NCBI GenBank assembly: GCA_027460535.1
Contig: JAPZAR010000004.1
Span: forward strand, 30,001 to 62,000
Length of the DNA: 32,000 nt
Source: Candidatus Methanoperedens sp.
GTDB taxonomy: Archaea; Halobacteriota; Methanosarcinia; Methanosarcinales; Methanoperedenaceae
Direction of reading: 5' to 3'
In this document: positions 25,944 to 32,000 of the stretch, piece after piece
How positions within the stretch are numbered: position 1 is the stretch's first letter
How the letters are laid out: each line of letters opens with the position of its first letter
Notes under the pieces: generated by a model
Database searches by the model: none
Told to the model about the DNA's origin: nothing
The model's input: the letters and a program-made list of their open reading frames with translations, nothing else
Made by a program: the position numbers and the translations under genes

Positions 25944-27449
25944 TCAAAGAGGGGCTTTTGCATTCTTATTTAAAATTCTTTTCACATCCTGCAGCAAAAT
26001 CATATCATCTTTATCAAAACTCTTTGTAATGATTAAGCCTGCGACTTGGGCTGTTAAAAACAAAAAGAAGAACATCATTAACATCCAGATAGTTATCGTT
26101 GTACTGGTTAGATGTGCCAAGAGGATATAAATAACAGATATGAATATAGTTGATGTTATTAAAACCTTTATAAAATTTAAGGTGAATGGATGTATCTTAT
26201 TCATCCAGAAAATTTGGGCAGATTTCAACACATTTATTGAGATAAGGGATGTTGAAGATGCTATGGCAGCGCCAGCAATACCCAATGTCGGTATAAGTAA
26301 AAAATTCAGAGAGAGATTCACTATCAGACCAATCAAATCATCCAACATATTCAGTTTAGTTTTTGCGGTCACCACCAGCGTTAAGGCATTTGGCCCGGTT
26401 ATCACCTGAACCAATGCGCCAAGCAAAAGTATTCGAAGCGCATTGCCAGCTTGTTCATAAGAAGAACCAAAAATAATATTTAGCACGGCTTCTGGAAAAA
26501 GAAACATAATAAAGAAAAAAGGCAGCGTAACTATCACAACCCATTTTGTCAATACTGCGTAGTTCCGCCTAATATCTTCGACCAGATTTTTTGAATATAA
26601 CTGCGAAGAGATAGGAACATATATAAAACCTATGGAGGTCAGGAAAATCGGAAGAAGCTGTGCAAAAGGGACAGCGGCATTATATAAGCCAACGATATCT
26701 GAAGTCTTAAAATATCCAAGCATCAATGTATCCGCTCTTGTGATTATCACCGTGGAGATAAATGTGACTAGCAACGGTATCGAAAAGCGTAACAATTTTT
26801 TCCTTACCACTGCATTATCTTTCAGTTTTATAGATAATTTCTTAATCGCATACCCGGCAAACACCACTGCCACGATCACCGTCGGCAGCAGGTACGCATA
26901 CATCATTCCCAGGAAACCGAATCCAATAATGAAGGCAAATGCAATACCGGAAACCCTTAGCAGATACATCAGGATGTCTCTGAAAAAAACCTTTTCTTTA
27001 ATTCTATCGAATCCAATGAAGATATACGACAAAATTTCGATAACCGTGAGAAAAGGAATTGCTATTGCGAACAGCTTTAAGACCATTGACTGCTCAAGAT
27101 GAAATATTTCTTTTAGAAAGTCCGATGAAAAGAAAACAACCAGAAAGAAAAACAATCCCGCAGCGATAGAAAGCTGCAGAGATGAATACACTATCCCTGC
27201 TACCGTTCCATTCTCCCCCTTCCCTCTGAAATATGCAATGCACCGTGTGGCACCTCCCTGCAGTCCCAGACAGGAGACCATAACAAAGATGTTCAGCAGC
27301 GCAAATCCTATACTGAATGCGCCGTATTCACCAGGGGTTGCATGCCTGGCAATGATCACCCTGGTGACGAACTCAAAAAAAGTGAAGGCAAGCATCCCCG
27401 CAAAAGCGATCGCCGCGCCCTTTGCGATTTTTCCCAGCGATTCGCTCAT
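25944..27449 (-). CDS. MOP-superfamily (Wzx-like) polysaccharide/oligosaccharide flippase
   Basis: About 500 aa with about 12-14 TM helices. Has the typical polysaccharide-biosynthesis-protein N-terminus MSESLGKIAKGAAIAFAGM. ATG 27449 is preferred over GTG 27467. Confidence 0.75.
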   Translation of the reverse strand: MSESLGKIAKGAAIAFAGMLAFTFFEFVTRVIIARHATPGEYGAFSIGFALLNIFVMVSCLGLQGGATRCIAYFRGKGENGTVAGIVYSSLQLSIAAGLFFFLVVFFSSDFLKEIFHLEQSMVLKLFAIAIPFLTVIEILSYIFIGFDRIKEKVFFRDILMYLLRVSGIAFAFIIGFGFLGMMYAYLLPTVIVAVVFAGYAIKKLSIKLKDNAVVRKKLLRFSIPLLVTFISTVIITRADTLMLGYFKTSDIVGLYNAAVPFAQLLPIFLTSIGFIYVPISSQLYSKNLVEDIRRNYAVLTKWVVIVTLPFFFIMFLFPEAVLNIIFGSSYEQAGNALRILLLGALVQVITGPNALTLVVTAKTKLNMLDDLIGLIVNLSLNFLLIPTLGIAGAAIASSTSLISINVLKSAQIFWMNKIHPFTLNFIKVLITSTIFISVIYILLAHLTSTTITIWMLMMFFFLFLTAQVAGLIITKSFDKDDMILLQDVKRILNKNAKAPL

Positions 27450-27485
27450 GATCCCGCCTAATCCCACTCTCTTATAAAATCTGAC

Positions 27486-28304
27486 CTACATTCCGAATTT
27501 ATGCTTGATCCTTGCCAGTATTTCATTGTTTTTCACATATAATCCATGTATCGTTTTCCTGCCTTCTTCTGACCCCTCGTACCTGTGCAACCATGATGTC
27601 AGCGGCAGTGCAAGAATGAACAAAAGCCCGAACATTAGACCGGTTTTCTCAACCTCCAGCTTGTTCAGGAATGAAACCATAATCGCAAGGAAAGTCTGGA
27701 ACGAGTACAACGTCGCAACAGCCGGAATATTCCACAGCCTGACCATCCCGTGGAATAAGAATGTCAGAACCAGCACCACAAGAAGCCCGCCAGCTAGAAA
27801 ATCTACTTTAGAAATCCCCACGATTTCAGAGAGAGAAAAAACGTCGCTCGAAATGTACGTATTTAACTGCTCCATATCATTATTTATCATCTCTATTACA
27901 TTTCCGAACCCGGCTTTGGTAGCATCGCCTATGATTAGCTTTTCAAAAGGTTGATCTATGAGATTGTAGGATGTGACATGTATATCAGATGTTATATTGT
28001 CTATTCTGACAAAACTCCCTATTTTCTGCGGTTCTTTTGATAAGATTAACTTTTTTTCCTTTGCACTCTTGCCTTGCAATTTACTGACATCTGTAGTCGG
28101 ATCTTCTATTAAAATAACATTGAATGATTCTTCTTTATATATCAGAAGATCCTGGATATCATTGGGCAAGGAGCTCATATTCATACTTTGATTTTCTATA
28201 ACGATGCCCGATTCTCCAGCATTTGAAGCGATTATATAAGGAATTAATAATATTAAATAAGCAAGGATTATTAAAATTGATAATATTTTTTTATTTAGCG
28301 GCAT
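27486..28304 (-). CDS. Membrane protein of unknown function (N-terminal anchor, about 150-aa external domain, 3 C-terminal TM helices)
   Basis: 272 aa. Hydrophobic N-terminus ILSILIILAYLILLIPYII and C-terminal TM cluster. Starts 6 nt after the upstream CARDB-type gene. No recognisable motif. Confidence 0.5.
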   Translation of the reverse strand: MPLNKKILSILIILAYLILLIPYIIASNAGESGIVIENQSMNMSSLPNDIQDLLIYKEESFNVILIEDPTTDVSKLQGKSAKEKKLILSKEPQKIGSFVRIDNITSDIHVTSYNLIDQPFEKLIIGDATKAGFGNVIEMINNDMEQLNTYISSDVFSLSEIVGISKVDFLAGGLLVVLVLTFLFHGMVRLWNIPAVATLYSFQTFLAIMVSFLNKLEVEKTGLMFGLLFILALPLTSWLHRYEGSEEGRKTIHGLYVKNNEILARIKHKFGM

Positions 28305-28310
28305 TTTTCA

Positions 28311-29585
28311 CTATTTTTTTTCTATTTGGAAACCAACGATAAGGAAAATTCCATAGCTCATCGCTGCAAATATAAATGCATAAAGAATATCATGTAGTGT
28401 CTCATCAGATGTTGACAATATCGAATCTTTTTCACTTATTTTAACTATATACAGGTTTGATTTGGAATAATGTTCACCATTTACATCATCATAATTTATT
28501 TGTATATTTAATCCGTAATCTCCTGTATCCATATTTGGATCGACATGCACTCCGAAAGATGTGGTTGAAGATTCCTTTGGGCCTGGGTGTATAATCCCTA
28601 TAAAATTCTGGCTCTGTGTTAATATCTTATCTCCCCCAAATACAGTAACTCTTACATCCTTAATATCATTGGTTCCGGCATTGGCAACATTAACCATCAG
28701 AAGTCCATCGCTGCCCTGGTTCAGTGTGGTCGGATCAAGCGTAATATCCTGAATATATACCTCAGATACTTCCTCCACGTTAATCCCTAAGCTACTCTGC
28801 TGGGACTGCAATCGATTGGTATAATCTTTATATTCAAGCGTAAAATTGAAATTATACAGGCGGCTGGGCGCCGACTTATCTATCTGTAGATTAAATAAAG
28901 CCTCAGCACTATGATCCGGTTCCAATACAGAAATATACTGCTCAGTACTAGCCCCAATGCTTGAGAATGGCATCTGCGTATCAAGAACAGCCCTTATCTG
29001 GTTGAGTTTACTATTCCCTATATTTTTTAATGCAACCTTGAGTTTAAACGTATCCCCAGGCTTGATATGCTCCGGAATCGTAGTAATGTTCACAGTATCG
29101 ATCTTAATAACTTCCGGGTTTTCAGCTACTTTGATACCGACATAAAGATCTTCCTGGCGTTTTACTGTTCCATCTGCAACCGTTGACCAGATAACGGTGA
29201 GAGGGATATAATATGTGCCTTTTGCAACAGTGTCTTTGATATATATCTCGTATTGAATCGTAAAGTTCTGGTTCCCGCGAATTTCATTGCCAACAAATTT
29301 CTGCAATTCATGCGTAATTTTTATTGGATCTGCCTTATCTTTATCAATTGCGGTCGAGACGCCGAATGCAGAATAATTGTAAATATTCTGCATAGTTATA
29401 TTGATTGTTTTGATATCTGATGGGTAAAACTCAACAGGCGAGACGCTTGTAATCACAAACTGATGGTATTGAGCAAGTTCAACTTCGCCTGGATCAGATA
29501 GACCACTGGCTAGCTGGATACCAAGAAATATTAAGATACCCACACAAATATTTCTACATCTCATGAGTCCGTGGCAAATAGGCAT
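28311..29585 (-). CDS. Cell-surface protein with repeated CARDB/NEW3-like beta-sandwich domains (COG1361-type) and a C-terminal TM anchor
   Basis: 424 aa with a signal peptide. Has three segments of the type ...INITMQNIYNYSAFGVS..., ...FKLKVALKNIGNSKLNQIRAVLD..., ...LLMVNVANAGTNDIKDVRVTVFG.... The C-terminal anchor is ILYAFIFAAMSYGIFLIVGF-QIEKK. Confidence 0.6.
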   Translation of the reverse strand: MPICHGLMRCRNICVGILIFLGIQLASGLSDPGEVELAQYHQFVITSVSPVEFYPSDIKTINITMQNIYNYSAFGVSTAIDKDKADPIKITHELQKFVGNEIRGNQNFTIQYEIYIKDTVAKGTYYIPLTVIWSTVADGTVKRQEDLYVGIKVAENPEVIKIDTVNITTIPEHIKPGDTFKLKVALKNIGNSKLNQIRAVLDTQMPFSSIGASTEQYISVLEPDHSAEALFNLQIDKSAPSRLYNFNFTLEYKDYTNRLQSQQSSLGINVEEVSEVYIQDITLDPTTLNQGSDGLLMVNVANAGTNDIKDVRVTVFGGDKILTQSQNFIGIIHPGPKESSTTSFGVHVDPNMDTGDYGLNIQINYDDVNGEHYSKSNLYIVKISEKDSILSTSDETLHDILYAFIFAAMSYGIFLIVGFQIEKK

Positions 29586-29910
29586 CCTATTGTAAAAAGC
29601 TTTCTGCTCAGTTCTTAGAATTTTAAGAAATTTGTATTATTAAATTAGAGTTGCAAATGGCATGTGACAATAATATTTTTCTATCATTTTAATTATTTAT
29701 TATGATGATGGTAAACACCACAGCCTTTATAATATGGTAGATGCTATGAGAACAATTGGTGGCGATAATGGTAGTTAAAATGGTTGCTCGATAAACTTTA
29801 TTTCATATTCCATTAACCAATTGGGAGAACTTGCGGTGGATGCAGATGAATCAGAGTCACGTAGTTGACATGCTGACAAATAGGGAGGTGAAATCTGAGA
29901 TAAAAGCCTA

Positions 29911-29934
29911 AGCTTTGAGCGCAGGAAACTGCGC
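29911..29934 (+). promoter_or_regulatory. Conserved leader/promoter motif AGCTTTGAGCGCAG with hairpin GCGCAG-GAAA-CTGCGC (copy 1)
   Basis: The motif starts 86 nt upstream of ATG 29997. An identical 14-mer sits at the same distance from ATG 31975. A TATA-like GATAAAAG lies about 10 nt upstream. Confidence 0.45.
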
Positions 29935-29996
29935 CGTAAAATAAAATAATGAATGACATTTGAACATAAATTAATGCAGAAAAAAGGTGACAATAT

Positions 29997-30467
29997 ATGA
30001 AAAAGATTGTAATAGTAGGTATAATAGCAATAATGATAGGTTCGGTATATGCAGTATATGCCGGATCATCAGTGACGGGAGACTCAAACGCGCAAGCTTT
30101 CATAGGATCAATTTGTTTCAAACCTGGCCCCTATAGTGATTTGCATGTTTTGAGAATTGACCAAGTAGGTAATGCCTTGCAGGTAACAGGCTATAACCCA
30201 GTTTATCCCAGCGCGATGGATGGCGGAGGAGCAGTTGTTAATGGTCATCTCCTCCTTCATATAGACGAGGCAATTCCTGCCTATGCATATTGGGGCGTTC
30301 ACAGTATTGATATAACCTTGGCCACAATGACAGGGACAGATGACCTTAGATGGACTGATGTAAATAATAATTTAGTTATTGGTTACACAGATTTAAATTA
30401 CACAAGAGTCCCATGTCCGGCACCTGGTTCTCAATCAGAATCGGGCTCAACATCGGTAGGTAAATAA
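29997..30467 (+). CDS. Small secreted protein of unknown function
   Basis: 156 aa. Sec-type signal peptide MKKIVIVGIIAIMIGSVYAVYA|GSS. Followed by two hairpin/oligo-T structures. Confidence 0.5.
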   Translation: MKKIVIVGIIAIMIGSVYAVYAGSSVTGDSNAQAFIGSICFKPGPYSDLHVLRIDQVGNALQVTGYNPVYPSAMDGGGAVVNGHLLLHIDEAIPAYAYWGVHSIDITLATMTGTDDLRWTDVNNNLVIGYTDLNYTRVPCPAPGSQSESGSTSVGK

Positions 30468-30521
30468 CCGAATTAGAAAGAGAGGTCTCTTTTTAGAGTA
30501 TGAATTGTGAATGTGAAATCT

Positions 30522-30558
30522 GTTCGGCATCCTGCAAAGGCTGCCGAACTCATTTTTT
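30522..30558 (+). terminator. Hairpin plus T-run (terminator-like)
   Basis: GTTCGGCA (30522-30529) pairs with TGCCGAAC (30542-30549) and is followed by TCATTTTTT. A weaker AAAGAG/CTCTTT hairpin lies at 30477-30492. Confidence 0.5.
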
Positions 30559-30594
30559 GATAGATGATAAATGAAAGAATGGAGGCGTAATAAA

Positions 30595-31827
30595 ATGAAA
30601 ATATCGACTGTTTATAATAAAATTGCAATATTCATAATTATCTCATTGGTTTTGGGAACAGGTTTAGCGGGTGCAAAGCTTGGAACTGATTCAACAAGAA
30701 TAGTGATCACGCTTGATTCCCAGACAGTTAAGGATAATGTAATCAAAGCAGTACAGGACAATGGCGGAACGTTTGTTAGAGAAACGCTCGACAATAAATT
30801 GATCTTCTATATTCCGACTGCGTCTCTCAATAATCAGATATCCATTTTAACAATTCCGGGTGCAGCTTATATAGAGGAGGATGCACAGATCCAAATTCCG
30901 ACCCCCATAATAGAGGTCGCAGGTCCTGGAGAAAATATTCAGCTAACACCCAATGATCCTTTGTATCCCAACCAATGGGGCATGCGTATGATAGAGGCGA
31001 ATAAGATGTGGGACACTCCTAAAGGGAAAGGGGATAGCCGGTTAATCGTAGCTGTTATAGACACTGGAGTGGACTACACTCACGAGGACCTCGCTGCTGT
31101 GAATAAGACTTTAGGATATGATTTTGTGAATAATGACAACGATCCTATGGATGATATGGGACACGGCACGCATGTAGCAGGCATAATTGCTGCCACTATG
31201 AATAACAAAAAAGGAGTGGTAGGGGTTGCGCCAAATGTCACAGTGATGCCCGTTAAGGTGTGTAATGCTTATGGTTCATGCTATACGTCTGATATAGCAG
31301 ATGGCATAAGATGGGCCGTGGACCATGGGGCAAAAATATTGAGCATCAGCCTTGGAGGACCTTCACCGGACCAGCAGACCTCTGACGCTACCAAGTATGC
31401 AGTTTTGACTAAGGGCGCACTGGTTATTGCAGCAGCCGGCAACAGTGGATTAGAACAGCCCAGCTATCCTGGTGCTTATCCATGGGTTCTTGCTGTGGGA
31501 GCTCTTGATTCAACTGGAAAAAGAGCTTCTTACAGCCAATATGGAAACTTCCTGGATCTAATGGCCCCTGGTTCCAACATAATCTCAACTGTTCCAAAAG
31601 GTGCATGCGAACTCTGTGATCCATCAGGTTATGAATACTTGAGCGGTACTTCAATGGCCACACCCCATGCGAGCGGAGTTGCCGCGCTTTATTGGTCATA
31701 TAATCTGAGTTTCACCAATAAGCAGGTCGGTATCATGCTACTCAAATTTGCGGATGATCTGGGAACGCCAGGCTGGGACAAATATTATGGTTATGGTAGA
31801 GTGGACGCTTATCCGCAGGACGGATGA
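30595..31827 (+). CDS. Secreted subtilisin-like serine protease (peptidase S8) with N-terminal I9-type propeptide
   Basis: ATG 30595 follows GGAGG (30582-30586). Has a signal peptide. The catalytic triad contexts are VIDTGVDYTHEDL, HGTHVAGIIAA and SGTSMATPHASGVAALY, with oxyanion Asn in AAAGNSG. Confidence 0.9.
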   Translation: MKISTVYNKIAIFIIISLVLGTGLAGAKLGTDSTRIVITLDSQTVKDNVIKAVQDNGGTFVRETLDNKLIFYIPTASLNNQISILTIPGAAYIEEDAQIQIPTPIIEVAGPGENIQLTPNDPLYPNQWGMRMIEANKMWDTPKGKGDSRLIVAVIDTGVDYTHEDLAAVNKTLGYDFVNNDNDPMDDMGHGTHVAGIIAATMNNKKGVVGVAPNVTVMPVKVCNAYGSCYTSDIADGIRWAVDHGAKILSISLGGPSPDQQTSDATKYAVLTKGALVIAAAGNSGLEQPSYPGAYPWVLAVGALDSTGKRASYSQYGNFLDLMAPGSNIISTVPKGACELCDPSGYEYLSGTSMATPHASGVAALYWSYNLSFTNKQVGIMLLKFADDLGTPGWDKYYGYGRVDAYPQDG

Positions 31828-31888
31828 ACAATAACGATTCCCGGGAGTTATTTTTGTATGGAGATGAAAAGTATGGGATATAAAATTG

Positions 31889-31912
31889 AGCTTTGAGCGC
31901 AGAATTCTGTGT
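31889..31912 (+). promoter_or_regulatory. Conserved leader/promoter motif AGCTTTGAGCGCAG with hairpin GCGCAG-AATT-CTGTGT (copy 2)
   Basis: Same 14-mer, again 86 nt upstream of an ATG (31975). The stem is kept through two G-U wobble positions. TATA-like ATATAAAA lies about 10 nt upstream. Confidence 0.45.
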
Positions 31913-31974
31913 GGTCTTATGAATCAAGGAAAATGGAACGAAGATGATCAAAATATTCAGTAGGAGTGTGGAAA

Positions 31975-32000
31975 ATGAAAAAAATAATAATGTTAGGAAT
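31975..32000 (+). CDS. 5' end of a gene (MKKIIMLG...), probably another small secreted protein; runs off the window
   Basis: The ATG is preceded by GGAGTGTGG. It has the same MKKI start and the same upstream motif as 29997..30467. Only 8 codons are visible. Confidence 0.3.

Noticed and set aside
26140-29145. Plus-strand ORFs antisense to the flippase, the membrane protein and the CARDB-type genes (e.g. 26632..27102, 27505..27954, 27973..28191, 28561..28752, 28957..29145).
   Set aside because: They are antisense to a coherent minus-strand operon, and their hydrophobic or low-complexity translations are typical of mirrored membrane-protein genes.
29708-29785. Three ATGGTA hexamers plus one ATGGTT within about 80 bp upstream of the small secreted-protein gene, considered as a possible operator array.
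   Set aside because: The spacing is irregular (26, 34, 12 nt), the word is short, and there is no flanking conservation. This is not distinguishable from chance without comparative data.
29775-30121. Minus-strand ORFs 29775..29993 and 29813..30121.
   Set aside because: They span the promoter/leader and the signal-peptide region of the plus-strand gene. They have low-complexity composition, no motifs and no start context.
1-32000. A search by eye for CRISPR arrays, tRNA/rRNA genes, long tandem repeats and canonical defence genes (helicase/ATPase/nuclease cassettes, toxin-antitoxin pairs).
   Set aside because: I found no regularly spaced direct repeats, no tRNA-like T-arm/anticodon structures, no rRNA and no defence-type cassettes. 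The only nuclease-like gene is the orphan Cas4-like ORF. A computational scan (tRNAscan-SE, Infernal, CRISPR finders, DefenseFinder/PADLOC) is still needed to be sure.

Overview
Archaeal chromosomal window. The evidence is ribosomal protein eS17, a DUF99/UPF0215 protein, a conserved archaeal-type coiled-coil protein, and Shine-Dalgarno-like or leaderless start contexts. Gene content looks Methanosarcinales/ANME-like, but the taxon cannot be proven from this sequence alone. The window has two parts. (1) Bases 1 to about 6.8 kb form a visibly GC-richer housekeeping block. It holds a DsrH/DsrE/DsrF/TusA-like sulfur-relay cluster, DUF99, a zinc-ribbon membrane protein, a stand-alone Lrp/AsnC RAM-domain protein, an orphan Cas4-like nuclease, rps17e-dapA-dapB and a long coiled-coil protein. 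(2) From about 7.1 kb to the end lies a visibly more AT-rich accessory cell-envelope/glycan island (composition judged by eye, not computed). It holds GT2, two radical-SAM enzymes, DUF362, a methyltransferase, GT4, a UbiA prenyltransferase, one intact and one truncated GT-C (PMT/ArnT-like) transferase and an alpha/alpha-toroid prenyltransferase-repeat protein. It also holds an NPP/alkaline-phosphatase-superfamily enzyme, a MOP flippase, a CARDB/COG1361-type wall protein, a glycoside-hydrolase-like lipoprotein with a decayed paralogue, small secreted proteins and an S8 subtilase. The island is littered with decayed IS elements and pseudogenes. The best candidate for an undescribed system is the tightly coupled divergent module rSAM-UbiA-GT-C / GT4-methyltransferase-DUF362 (9985..15426) together with its satellites. 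I interpret it as a possible lipid-linked (polyprenyl-phospho-sugar type) glycan pathway. A second noteworthy signal is a conserved 14-nt motif plus hairpin placed exactly 86 nt upstream of two secreted-protein genes flanking the subtilase. I saw no CRISPR array, tRNA or rRNA. All family calls are by-eye motif recognition and need profile searches.
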